Below, in pieces: positions 1 through 15,147 of a stretch of DNA of 64,000 nucleotides. The notes under the pieces are model-generated. The model did no database searches, was not told the DNA's origin, and was given only the letters and a program-made list of their open reading frames with translations. The stretch comes from Chrysomallon squamiferum (lineage: Eukaryota > Animalia > Mollusca), in the NCBI GenBank assembly GCA_012295275.1, contig CM022670.1, positions 25,668,001 to 25,732,000 on the forward strand, given 5' to 3'. Position numbers and translations under genes: made by a program. The first letter of the stretch is position 1, and each line of letters starts with the position of its first letter.

Positions 1-193
1 ATTGAGTGGTAGTGGTGGTAGTGGTTACTATAGTAGTCGTAGTGTGTATATATATATATATAGATATAGATATATATATATAGCAACACTAGCAGTAGTA
101 TATCAGTATATATAGTAACTGAAGTAATAGTTGTAACAGTAGAAATAAAAGCAGTAGTAGTAGTAAAATAATAGTAATAGTAAACTAGCAGTA

Positions 194-225
<32 letters not shown>

Positions 226-511
226 AGGGTAATAGTAGGAACATTAGTGGTTATGGTATCAATAGTAGTAATGGTAGTGGTAGTGGTGGTAGTGGTTACT
301 ATAGTAGTCGTAGTGTATGTTATGTTTTGTGGTTGTTGTTTTGGTTTTTTTTTTTTTTTTGTTTTTTTTTTTATAAATGAAAGGATACGAGAAAAACAAT
401 TTCATTACAATATTTAGCCCATTTTTGATATTATTTATCAGCTTTTAATGCACTTTACATGAAAAAATATATGTTCTTCAAATTATTATAAACACAATAA
501 TTTATTTACAG

Positions 512-1598
512 CATTTTTCTTCTGCGGCGACATCATTTTGTATGACAACGAAGTCCGGTTTTTATCCAGCCAAGATATTCCCGCGGTACAATGTCTATGG
601 CGGCTGTCTGCTCCTAAAGAATACATTCTTGTCATCGCTTCACTGCCGACTCCATTTGACCTGAGTTATGACTGCGAGTAAGTCTTACACGAAAGAACAT
701 TATTACTGAAAACGAGATTAATTCGACATTACTGTACCCTTGCGAATATAACAATAACATTGTTATGAAATAGTAAAAGCAATTAATGAAGCAAAACCTT
801 AGTATGCTCAGTTGAATCTATATCATCTTAATACAAGCTTTAATAAAACGATGACGATGATGATGATGATGATGATGGTTATGATGATGAATGATGGAGT
901 ATTGGTTGTGATGATAAAGATAATGAAAACGATGATGATATGTAGTGGTGACAATGTTAAAGATGATGATGATTATGATAGATGGTTGAGTTTTGCTTGT
1001 AAAGATAAAAATGGTGAAAACGACGATGATATATAGTGGTGATAATAACAAAGATGATGATTATGATGATGGCGATCATCATGATAATAGAAATAATAAT
1101 AGAGCAGTAATAAATAACAGTAGTAGCAGATGTAGTGGTCGTTGTAGTAGCAGTTAGTAGTAGTTATAGTAGTAGTAGTAATAGTAGTAAACACAATATT
1201 AGTACACAATATTAGTACTAATGGGTGTTTTTTACAGACAAGCTTCAGTTGCACTTTTCGAAGGTGATCTCGACAGTTTGGAAAGTGTTGGACAGTTCTG
1301 CTGGAACAGACCAGTACAGTACATCTCAACTACGAATACTATGCTGATTTTGTTTAATTCTGTAAATACTGTAAAAACCAAGAAATACACACTTAGTTTA
1401 AGCCGAGTCAGGTTAGGTAAGTAAGAAACACATATTTAGGAAGAGAGAGGGTGAGAAAGAGAGATAAAAGGGTAAGGTGAAAGAAAGACAGATAGAGGGA
1501 GCAAGAATGAGAGGGATGGTTTGTGAACGACATTTCATAGAGAAGAAGTATGATAACAGTGAGAGGATCCAAAGAAAAGACAGAAAATAGGAGTGGTA

Positions 1599-1664
<66 letters not shown>

Positions 1665-4267
1665 AAAACTAAATTAATATTTGTCCACAGATAGTGAAGA
1701 TCCATGCAACAATACTGTCACAGAAGCTGGATACCTGTTTAGTATAGAATACCCTGAAAACTATCTTCCCGATACGCTGTGTTTGTATCGCATAAAGGCG
1801 AGTACATAAATGTCAAATGGAAATACCGAGTCAAAAATAAAATAAAATAAAAATAAATAGAATAAGTAGAATAAAAAAAATAATAATAATAAACGAAATA
1901 GACATTTTTTCGATGGATATTATCATTTATTTTATTAACCACATTTGTTGGGTTATACAGAAGAGATAAATAGTATAAAAATAGACATAAAAATAAACAT
2001 AAGAATCTATGCATTGAACTATCTAATAAAAATATGTGTTTAATTCAGATGCTTGATTTGCAGGCACCAGATAAAAAAAGGATCAAGCTGACATTTGTTG
2101 ATTTCATGCTTGAAAACAGTAACTGTACATTTGATTTTCTAACTGTGCACGACGGAAACAGTTCTGGTATTACTTGCATCTTCTGTTCATTTTAGACAAC
2201 ATTAACTTCACTGTAATTTATCTTGAAGAAATATCGTAACTAGGTTTAAGGTTAAATATAATGAACTGAGTGACTACCATTATTTGATAGCAAGATGTGT
2301 ACATTAATATTACGACAGTGGAATATTTTGAAATAAACAATAGTCTGAAATAGTTTAACAATTAACATGTCGTAAAACAATATATTATAATTTATAATCA
2401 TAAAATTCGTCTACTTCTTTTGAAACAGAAAAAAAGAAAGAAAAAAAGATATTGAAAAAAATGAAGAAAATTCAATGATTTCTTAATCTTATTTTCTACT
2501 TAGACTCTATTCAGATTGGAAAATATTGTGGTCAAATCAAACCTGAACCCGTTGTTTCTTCGTCTTCTGATTTATTCCTGCAATTCAGATCCGACTACGA
2601 GCTACAAGACAAGGGATTTAAACTTCACGTTGAATTTATAGGCGAAAAACCGTATGATGGTATGCTAATTTTAGAATGGAAAACATACACACACATACAC
2701 ACACACGTATTTCATAAGTTTAACTAATAAAGTATATTAACTAAATTACGAAGTAAAAAGTTCTAAAGATATTTTAAATTATAATATCGTTGTATTTAAA
2801 CCAAGTGGTTGACTCAACGAATGATTTACTGACAGAATAATTCAATTAAATGTTAATTAACTGACCGGCTGATTCATGAAGATGTGAATGGAAGTATTTC
2901 TGAATTTATCGTATTTATATTTGATAGCTGGATACATTCATTCATTTACTGATGTTTGTCTTCTGTTTTTATTACTTACATGTGCAGACTGCAACCGAGT
3001 TATTACAATGCTGGGTGAGACACTGAGCAGTCCAATGTCTAACAACAGTAAATATCAACAAGGAAAACATTGTGTGACCAAACTGATAGCTCCAGTCAGT
3101 CACAGAGTTGCTCTTTACTTTGATGTGATTGATATAGAGAAAAGTCCTGAATGTTTCTTAGACCATGTAACAGTAACTGACCCAAATATTAAAGGTACCT
3201 ACCTACTTTTATCCCATTAATGAATTTGGATCATGTTGAATTATTATATCAAATTAATAGATAGTTTGATTTCATTATGTTAAAATGGTAAACATATTTT
3301 CTCATCAGGAAAAATTAAGTAGTTAGTTTTGGGAAATTCATTATAAAACATATCTATTGATGATGTCTGAGAACTGATTTAGAAATATCTTCATGCATTC
3401 ATATGGACAAACAAGACAATTTCACTTGCGCCACTGACCCAAGGTCAAATTCAATAATCTTTTGAAATATTCCTATGTTGGAAATAATACATTTTAAAAA
3501 AAAATCCTTGTTAAATCATCTTTCAAGAATTACCACATTACAGCAAGATTGATCAACCGTCTGTGGTCGTTCAAATATTGGCTGTTATACCAATTTTTAT
3601 CAAAACTGCGAAATTTTATATTTCGGAAACCTCCTGTCCGACCATGCTAAAAATGGAAGTATCGCCTTTTTCTGGCCATTTTGTCTAAAAACAAATTTTC
3701 AGCCCAATCGCTGCTGATGAATTTCATTTTCCATTTATTTTGGGTAACCTGACACGGATTGAGTTATGTACATTAACAAATTCATTGCCAAATTTATCAA
3801 GTTTTGTATTCGTTTATTTTAAAGCAAAGTATAATTTTGTTTTCACTCATTATATTGTTTAAGCACAAAGTTAATATTAATTTATTTACAGGTTCAAACT
3901 CATTTAGACTATGTGGTGACCATGAACCAGGACCGAATTACGTTTCAAAGGAACGAGAACTCGAATTAGAATTTCAAAGTGATTATAAGGTGGAAGCGAG
4001 AGGTTATTTAGCTACATATAATTTCATTCATGAAAATAAAATTGGTAAATAAGCATTTCTACTCATGCTGGTTTTCTTTTCTTTTATTCGATATAGGTAT
4101 AAATAAGACTGTTTGTATTTTTGGTTTATTTCTACACATTATTTTCAATATATATATATATATATATATATATGTTATTACTGCTATACTACGACTATTG
4201 TAATTCTTCTTATTATTATTACTACTACTACTACTACTACTCCTGTTATTAATTTTATTATTATTCA

Positions 4268-4315
<48 letters not shown>

Positions 4316-6159
4316 GACGCAGATTTTGATAACAAGAACATTATTTCAAAACGGCAGTGTTGTGCTGGAGGAACGTGTTATAATGATGGTGATGGAAATA
4401 AATGTCTTTGTCAAACTGGTTTCGTTCCACCTGAGTGCACACAGAGGGTACGTATGTAAATTAATCTACTTTCTAAATAATCGCAGTTTAAATCCTTATG
4501 ATTACTTAGTTCGATTTATTCAAAAAAAATATATTTCTAATATTGTTAGAGTGTTGCTTTGCTGTTGTTGTTATTTCGTCTCAGACATGCATGACTGACC
4601 TTAATCTTGTGTTGCAGTCCCTGTATTATTATTTCCCTCTTTTGACTAATTTGTCAAATGCTGTAATATACACCATTTTGTCTTTGAACAAAACAATGTA
4701 TGTAAATAATTTACACACACACACGCACACACGCACATACACATGAAGAGCATATTTTCAAAAAGAGCTTATAGACCATTTAAAAAGAGAAAAGAAAAAC
4801 TGAAAATGATATAATTATAAGCCTCCCTTGCACTATCAATAACAGTTTAGTGGTCCTGTAGTATTGCAAGTCTTTACTTTAAAACAATCATCAATCAGTA
4901 TCAGTCAGTACATTAAACACAAGTATGACAATAATAGGTGGTTGCCATTCTGCAATTAAGCTATTCATATATATATATATAAAGATTACGTAAGTTGTAT
5001 TTTCCTTATAATAGGAAACAGGATGTTGTTTGGAAGATGATTTTGCTTTATTTTTATCAGCTTGGCTTTATAGAAAGAACAGCCAACTCTTCAGTCAAAT
5101 TATCTCATACGATCAGCCTCAAATGTCGTGTGAATCACCCACACAGGATTATAGTTTGGTAAGTGGAGATCAAAACTTTTAAATATTCGTGCCACCACTA
5201 AATACAGTTTTAAAGTGAAATCATAATACTATCATTATTACATCAAAAACAAAGTTCATAAATAGGATAATATTATTTGAGTAACATACACTATTTCTAT
5301 TAAACTTCAAAAATATATTTATACTTCTGTACAACATATATATAAATTTGTCTGTAACGGTTTAGTATTATATTGATGGAACTGGAAACGTAACTGGTTG
5401 TAGGTTTTTTAACGAAACGAAGGTGTCGAACAAGCTGTTACCTCACAATATCAACAATAACGGTGATCTTGTAATACCTATTGTTCAGACTGTACATGAG
5501 GGGTCTTACAAGTGTGAAGTGTTAGCAAGCGGAACACTAATGTCACACTCTATATGGCTGAATGTTGAGAAAAAAGGTAAACAGTATAAGAAAAGAGATA
5601 GTTTTAAAATACTTGTAAAATATGTAAAATACTTTTTTGTACTTACACACATTTAAACCAAAAACATTTGCCAGTACCTACATCAGTATGCACGTTAACA
5701 CGAACACACCTATCTACATATTTACATACAAAAATATATATACATACACATACATACATAGCTATATATATATATATATATATATATGTTCATGGCCATC
5801 TGAAGTGTATTGTATCTTATCAGGAAGTACTAGACTATGCATTTCCGAACATGAACTAGGAAGTTTATCATTTCTACTGAACTGGCTAGAGTCGTATCTG
5901 TAGTGTTATATTATCACTTTAAATATCTGAAATTTCATGGATATTATGACATTTGTGGGTTTTTTAATGTCGATTGTAGTGAGTGGTGTGTCATTGAATG
6001 ATACTGGTGGTATCCAGAGGGTTTAAATCCATACTGCTATGTTCTTTTAAGGGAGGAATGTATACATAAAACATTAAGCGTGCGTTTATATGTCAGTTCG
6101 TGCTTCTGATGTTTTGCATTTGTCTATCCGATATTATATACATGGAATTATTAATATGT

Positions 6160-6202
<43 letters not shown>

Positions 6203-9200
6203 TGTACATGTATATATGATCAAATGCGTAAGCATACACAAATTCACAAACACACATACGCACAGAAAAACTTACACAGATTAAAATACATGAAAGGCAC
6301 ATTCAGAATGTAAGAAAATATTTTACCTGGGTATCATTTTTGAATTATGAAAGATTGTGCTATTCTAAATGAGAATTTATTTATTCATTCATATATTCAT
6401 TTATTTATTTATTAAGTCAGTTATTCATTCGTTCATTCATTTGTTTGTTTGTTTGTTTCTTTATTTTTTTTTAATAATTTGTTTTATTGATTTGTTTATT
6501 TATTAATTTGTTAGCTCTGACTTGTGGATGGAACGTCACTCTCTCAACTAATGATGCGCAGTTTCTGTCAAGTCCAAACAGCGTATCTGGTTCGTACATC
6601 AACAACGCTGATTGTCTGTGGAGAATTTCAGCGCCCCGGGGAAACAGAATTATAATCGCCTCTGATTCGTTCTTGTTGGAGCCTAGTTGTGATTGTCTGT
6701 AAGAACATCTAAGAATATTTCTTTAATTAATATTAAAATATTAGTTCAAGATTTAAAAAAAGTGAAATCATGATACATTTTCTTGTTCTTGTCAAGGTAT
6801 GACTTTGTGGAACTTCTTCAAGGCAATATCAGTCACGTGGTCAGTGCTGGCAGATTTTGTTGGGATAATCCTATATACTTCATTTCTACATCTGAAACAG
6901 TGTTTATTAGGTTTCACTCGGATGATTCCGTAAATGCGACGGGCTTCTTGCTAAGTCTGAAAAGAACTGAGGAAAGTGAGTTGTACAGTCAGTTGATACA
7001 AATATTATTATCAGTTATTCACATCAGAATGAACGATTATTAATTTAACAATTTACTGATGATGATAACAGTAACAACGACAAGAAAAACAACAACAACG
7101 ACAATAAATAGAAGAAGAAACCTGAAGAGTAAGCTATATAAAACACGTAAAGAGTCAGCAAAGTATAAGGAGCCAGATGGACATTAAATAAAATAAACTT
7201 AAACAATATTTATTTACTAATATATTTTTACACACACACACACACGGACACACACACACAAATATATATATATATATATATTTGGTTATGCAAGATCGTA
7301 ATGCTGACTAAACTAAGGGGGATTACGGTTTTAAAACAACACAAATACAAATTACTAAAATACCATGTCAGTGAATATCCATAGAAATCTGTGACACTCA
7401 ATTATTACTTGTTTTCTTTTAATGTTTTCTAAACATGAAATGTGTCTGTTTATAGATGCTGCTGCACAGTGTAATAATACCATCACCAGCCAGGGCCTTA
7501 TATCTAGAATTAAATATCCTGAACATTTCCCAACCAACACTTTGTGTTTATATCTCATACATGTACGTACTTTAACTAAACTCCTTAAACAGTTTTATAA
7601 AATAATCAGAAAACTTATCTGTCATTTGATATCTTTGAACACAAAGAGAAATGCATACAATATATCAAAACAGCTGGACATATATAATATTAAATATTTG
7701 TTATGCATGGTGTATAACGATTATATTTATGTATGTGTATGAGTATTTGTGTCGTATATATATGCATGCATATACGTGTTCGTAAGATAATGAATACCTA
7801 AATAAAGTATACCAGTATAAATTTAATATTCTTTGAATTATCATATTTATTCAAAATAAATGTTTCAAACAAAATGCTCCCGCGAAAGAAGTGTAATAAA
7901 ACTTTATTAAATGTAAAGTAATATTAAATTTTATTTCAGGCGCCTGAAGGAAATCGAATAAATCTCACTTTTATTGATTTCCAACAGGAACATTTGCTCT
8001 GTTCTGATTATCTTACTGTGTATGATGGACCCAGCTCAGGTATATCAGAGTATTAAAGGTTAATTTGAGTTAACGTTGTTCTCATAAAAATCAGTAAATA
8101 GATTAGGTACCACATTATTTGTAACATTGGAGTTTCGAAAATGTTTTCAATATTTTCACTAAATATCGATGTTTTGATTTATTTTAAATTTTCTTTGAAA
8201 AGTATAAATATTTTAACCATGCAAAGTCTATCAGGATTAAACGTTAAAATTCATTACTATTCACGTCGATTAAAATTAATTTGCTTTACAGAATTTTTTC
8301 TCATCATAATCTGTCTATTTATAACGATAAATGAAATAATTTTTCAAGGTATTTCATATCACACATTTACAGGAAGCACGAAAATTGGAAGCTTCGGTTG
8401 TCGAAACAATCCAGTGTCTATCATTTCATCTTCTAGTGATGTATTGCTGGTGCATAAATTTGACCATGATCTTGAACACAAAGGTTTTAAAACACAGATT
8501 CAGTTCTTTACTGAAACTACAGAAAAGATGTACTCTGTTTTCTACAAGCCTGCACAAGAATCATATGATCCAGGTAAATATTAGCAGATTTACTAGTATA
8601 CAAATAAGTGTGCAAGGCATCTGTAGCATTGATTTCAGGTTATTTTTTTGTATTAATAATTTAATGTTGCAGTATATATATAAATAAGAATTAATTAATT
8701 AAATAACTGAATGTCTGCAACAGTATTACGAAAAAAATATTGTTATAAAATAAATAATAAATCTAAAAAGTAACAAAATGAAAATTATTCCACTTAAAAA
8801 AAAAAAAGTAAAATAAACTGTATTTGAGTTTCATGTATAATAATGAAAATATAAATTTGAAAAACTAGTTTGAATAGTGTTAAATATATACAAATCAACA
8901 TTATTATCTTTCAGAATGTACAGAAACTATTTCGATGCTCGGTCGCAATCTAACAAGTCCTAATTACGGCACCAGCACACCAACACAAAACAAACACTGT
9001 CAGACAACTATACTAGCTCCTGCCAATCACTTAGTAAAGCTGAACTTTGAAAAAATAGACATTGAAAAAAGCAGCGAATGTCTATTTGATCATCTCACAA
9101 TAAAGGATGGTAATGAAAACAATTAATATAACCGATTTGAAAATAATGGTTTTTGGTTCTATGACTTGTTATGTATATTAGAGGTGTTATCCTTTCCGGA

Positions 9201-12063
9201 CGATATGGAAACAATAAATAATAAGAAACACCAAGAATATGTCATTAATTAGCAGAAATTTTGATGCTTTAATTTAATTCAGCAATAAAGCTTTTTCTGA
9301 GTTTAAAATAAATAACGACTTTTAACAATTATAAGACCTGAAGCTTGCACCTAACTCACACCTAACTAAAACACTTTACTTGTAAAGTTCAGTGTACTCA
9401 GCTTTGTTTGATATGTTGCAGGATCAATCCTGCTTATTGCCCCAGCTGAATGATTTCCGAGTCCAGCCACTGCGTTATGACGAGTTTATCAATGGTCATT
9501 GTTTGTTTTCCTGTTTGTAGAAAATACGTACCAAAAATACTCGCTTCTATTCGGTAACAGTAATCCTTGATAAAACCGTAGAGGGTTTCGTCTTTGATAT
9601 CATCAATACATAGACAAATATATAAATAATTAATTCTTAACAACTATTAGTATTAAAAAGTGCTGATGACTCTTTTAGTATTCATCCAATCATTGATAAA
9701 TCAAACAATTATTTTAATGATACTTTACTACTGAGATAATTTACAAGCGAACTGTTAGTGAGAAAAAAATGGCATAAATATTTGACTGTACTTTTAGGTA
9801 CAAATTCCATAAGACTCTGCGGTTACCATGGCAAAGGCTTTTCACTTGAATCCAGAGACAGAAAAGTAGAGCTTGAATATCAAACTGACAGCAGTTTTCA
9901 ATCTGAGGGATACTTTGCAACGTACAGTTTTGTGTCAGCCACGACAGAAGGTTTAAATATTTATATACTAAAACCTCCAGTATATTGGAAGTCCTGACAG
10001 GAATTTATATTTCATTTATTTTATATTATTTAATTACTGAAAGGTTAAAGACTTTGTAATATTTTCTAAAACTTAGTTGTACATCAAAATTAATACTATC
10101 TAATATGTTCATTATGCAACCAAAGACAGTAATATTTCTCCTATACAGTCAGATATGCCAACATCAAATGTAATTTTAAAAGACTTTGTTTGAAACTGAA
10201 TTCCCATAAGTATTAGATTTTATAATCAAAATGTTAATTAGAATTTCATCTTTTGGGAAAATAGTAAAACTGTGTAATGTGCTGCCAGTAAGGATATGGC
10301 AGAAGATAGTGGATATTCCTTATTTTGCACAGTCTTCATTGGCATACCTTTACTGTACACCACTAATATGCAATATTTTATTTAAGAAAATAATAAAAAT
10401 GTTTTATGTTTGACTTTCGGATTTAGATGATGGTCATGAAAATGATTTCAGCTGTGGAGAACAATTTTGTGTTTCTAATGCTACATGTTACAACGACGGT
10501 GATGGAAATAAATGCGCTTGTTTGAATGGACTCGTGCCTCCAAACTGTACAGAAATGGTAAACGTCTTTAATGCTTAATTTGTTTTCTATAAATTTTCAT
10601 ACTTACTAATTCTTGTCTTCACAACACACCAGTTCATACAGTACTATGTTCTGTATTTAGTTAAGAAGCATTTCAAATATAAATGTTTCATTGAATTTGC
10701 TGCAGAATGTGTAACGACAGCAATGTACAGAGTGAAAGTCTGGCTGTGAAAGTTTCAGAAAAAAAAATGTATGATTGTATAGAGCGCGTTTTGTTTAGAA
10801 ATATCTAATGCTCTAAGCTTTAGAAAAACAAAATTTAAAATGAGTAAGCTCTTTCAAAATACTACCGTTTTGTTTATTACAATTGTTTTGACGCAGTAAT
10901 ATAATTATGTAATGCTATATATATATATATATATGTGCGTGTATCTGTGAGTGTGTGTTTTTGTTTTGTGTGTGTGTGTGTGTGTTTGCGTGCATGTTTT
11001 AATATTAGTTTTTTTCTAATTGCTATTTTGTTTATTATTATTTCTCATTTTCTCGAGTTTATTAAATAGCTGTAGTTTTCATTGTTATCTCAAAATCCAG
11101 TTTGACTTCACTGAAAAATCAGCCAATTTGACAGCCGAACTATTTAAATCCATTAAAATTAAATGTCGAGTAAATCATCCGTATCGGATCATAGTTTGGT
11201 AAGTTGCTGATGTCTAATACATTTACAGTTTATATATTTTTTATGCTTTTAAAAAAAAAAAAATGATGTTCAGAAGAATGTCTTCATGGACTTGGTCTGC
11301 CTTAATTACTGTTATTTAATGTATGCAATATGAAAGAGAATTACATGCCATTGTTGCAGAAATAAGATGTTATTTTTTTAATAGTTGCATGTACATGTGT
11401 GTTTTGGAAAAATTAATATTTAAACTTGTATAAATATGTTTTTTAATTTTTTTTTATTTATAAATTTATATATATTTTTTTATAATACATTTCCTTGATT
11501 ATATTAAGAGACATATATATAAAGAAAATTTGAAATTTTATATTAATTTGCAGTTACATATTATTGGTATTATCAAACTTATATTCATCAATGCTTTTTC
11601 CTATTTTTTAACGTTAAACGGAAACAAGTACACAAATTATTTATTGTAATCTACACGCTCAGGTACTTCGGTGATTCAGTGATTACATCGTCTAAGACTC
11701 ATACAGTAGACTCGAATGGTGATCTCACGATACGTCATGTCCAGTCCAGTGACCAGGGAAGTTACAGGTGCGAGGTTCTGGCTAGCAGAATGGTAGTGTC
11801 ACATTCAGTGTGGCTGAGGGTCAAAGAAAGGAGAGGTAGAACTCACTAATGTAACATTTTAGAGTAACTGTTCTTCAAATATTTTTAGATAGAGTCTAAC
11901 ATTTTAGAACGGTTTAGAGATTTTTGTAAAAAATCACTTTTACTTGCATGCACTAAAGGAACATCTTTCTACAAGTTTTATCAGTGGTGAATAAACCCAG
12001 TTTTATTATTTATTCTTATTTTATTCAATTATTAAACTGCATCGTTAACTGCTTCTGTTGCTG

Positions 12064-12106
<43 letters not shown>

Positions 12107-14507
12107 GCATCATAATCATTATCATCATTTGAATTTTTTATGTAGTATTTAAAATAATAATAATAATCATAATAGAAATTTAATTTATAATCTATTCTTA
12201 ATAATGGAACGAAATAAATAATTATTGTTTCTTCTATCTGATTATTACTTCAGAAAGCATATGCGGGATTTCAAATATATTACTTCATTCGAGATACAAA
12301 CGTAATCTACGAAGGAAAAGAATTATCAGCCACAGAATTTTAGGATTTCATTCAAAGCATATAGTAAACATTCCTTGGCAAGCGTTTCTTTGGACGACAC
12401 GATACGTAAGAATTATCTTTTTGTCTTCTCTAGATACGTTTCATAGAGATAATTGTAAAGAAAACGTTAATGTTCAAGAAGGTAATAAAGTCCATTCTAA
12501 GGATAAATTATCTAATTATTCTATTCCACTGTTTCTGATACTGACTAAAATTTGTTAGAGATAAAATATAATTAATTCTTAGAATTTAAAAATATTCATT
12601 CATTCATTCATTCATTTATTGATCTATCCATCTGTCTATTCATTCATTCATTTGTTTATCTTAAAATGTTACCCCAAAACAAAACATAATTATAACAATA
12701 ACATGCTAATGGTTCTTAAATACTGTGTTTTTGTTTAAGAATATCACTTTCTGTGGTGGCGCTATAATCTCTGAGCGATGGATTCTCACTGTGGCTCATT
12801 GCATAACTAAATACGGAAACAGAGAAAAAAACGTTGCATTTAACACTAACGAAGTGTTTGTTTATGCCGGAACGGGTAACTGCGTGGCACGATCCGAGGA
12901 GACCCCTTTAATGAAAATTAAATCATTCAGGATTCATCCACGTTACGGAAAAATGAATATTTACAATAACGACATTGCTCTGATAAAGCTTCAAAGATTC
13001 TTTCCAGTTTTCGGACGCCATTCGTCCTATATGCATGCCAACACCACAAGAAGCGAAATGGCTGGCGAAGCCGGGAACGTATGGCGTTGTATCTGGTTGT
13101 GGTTACACCAAACAAAAGAGGCCAGCTGAATGGTTGAAGTATGTTGAAGTACCAATAAAAGATAAAGAAACGTGTCTCAATTCAGTCTCCGAAAAACTAA
13201 GGACACCGGAATCTTCGTTCTGTGCTGGATACGAGAAAGCAGGAGAAGGAGACGCGTGTCAAGGAGACAGTGGAGGGCCGCTGGTTGTGCAGTACGATAA
13301 TCGCTGGTATTTGATTGGACTTGTATCTCATGGCGACGACTGTGACAGGAGTTCTAAGTATGGGTTCTACACGAACGTCAGTCATTACTATTACTGGATT
13401 AAACCATATACAGGTTTGAGACATACATTTCTTCACAAATAGTAGTTGAGCATTTTTGACTGTTTGAGAACACTTTTTTTAGATAATTCATGGAAGATAC
13501 TAGTATTTGAAACAATTGACCTAGACGTTATAAATTATGGTTAAAGACATATTCATTCATAACAAAGATGCCACGGTTTTGTTTAGATTTTAACGTTTAA
13601 AGCTCCTGATACGACTTTTCAAGAATTGCTTGTTTAACAATCAGAATTAACATGTAACTCGATATTTGTCCGTCACTAATGTTCAACAATTATTATCGGA
13701 ATTACTTTTTCAGAAATATTTAATGCTATTTATTTTCCACATCTAAGTTTAATTTTATATTACTACTTCTTTACTATGATTTTTTATTTTTAACTTTTTG
13801 TTGTCATTAAAAGAGTCAAAATTTTATTTACTTTTTTTTTTTTATTAGATGGCTGTGGACTGAAATCAGAAAGTGCGGATGAAAACGACTCCCCGCAGTT
13901 TAGAATTTATGGCGGTGAAATAGCGGATGTTGGATTTCTTCCTTGGGTGGCAGGTATCGCAGTGATGAAAAGAAAGAATAAAACTAATGTGTACCACTGT
14001 GCCGGGGTCATTCTGGGTGAATACTGGATCCTCACAGCCGCTCACTGTGTACAGTAAGTATTCCAGAAAAAGACTTTACATAGTTTGTACAGTAGTTAGT
14101 GATAGCGTGATTCAGTTTAATCAGCATATATCTGAATAAACCAAGATGCCCGATCTAACCAAACAGTCTATATAATGGAGTAATATTCCAATATGTAGTG
14201 TTAAAAAACTAATGATAAATTAAATCGTTTCATATTTATAATGTTTAAATTAGTAAATGTTTTTAAGTTCCCGAACAGTGTTTTAATAATTATTTTTTTC
14301 ATTAATTAATTTTATATTCATTTACTTTAGTAAATAGATAATCAGACTTAATTTGTCTAGACACTCGATATAACCAAGTACTTATGCAGCCAATGATTAT
14401 AAAATATAATGTTTTTTTTTAGTTTATTTTATAATTTTATTCGTGGCAGCAGTAGTAATAGTACTATCAGTAGTAATAGTACTATCAGTAGTAATAGTAC
14501 TAATAGT

Positions 14508-14580
<73 letters not shown>

Positions 14581-15108
14581 AGTAATAGTAGTAGTAGTAG
14601 AAATAGCAGTATTTTTATTAATTATTTATTTATTTTACAGCGGAAGAGGTACACTTTTAAGGAAAGTGTTTGTCTATGTAGGATCTACAGGAGTTGCAGA
14701 TACAAAATCGTTTCGAATAACTGGAGCTAATATATTTTTACTTCCAGACTATCATCCTGGTACTTAGAATACATTTTCCCTTATTGAATTGCAAACCTCT
14801 ATAAAATTGCTTTTAAAAATAGCAGTATTAGTAAAATAAAAAATCTTAACTTTCATAATTTTATTTTTTTAAATCACTCCCAGTACCGCAAATAAATTTT
14901 TCTTCGTTAGAAAACTCCATACGAGATTTTTATTTAATAATTATGTCCTTCATCATTCGCAGCAACATTACATTTTTTTCAGCGTCATTCATTTGTACTG
15001 CATATAGTAATATTAAGTAAGAAATTATAATACTCAATGCCTGTTTAAACATGAGTATCTAAGTCCGTGTTATATGCTTTTTCAACGTGTTTTTGTATGT
15101 ATTGGTTG

Positions 15109-15147
<39 letters not shown>

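Noticed and set aside
223-1329. Poly-V/M/H/I ORFs here and similar poly-I, poly-ER, poly-LS ORFs throughout the window
   Set aside because: They are translations of microsatellites.
3400-3800. Complex intronic segments (also ~9340-9660) as transposon fragments
   Set aside because: I could not identify terminal repeats, target duplications or coding remnants by eye.
12725-13442. Protease domain 1 as a pseudogene or as two genes
   Set aside because: One base removal restores a complete domain with an intact triad, and the same error type recurs elsewhere in the window.
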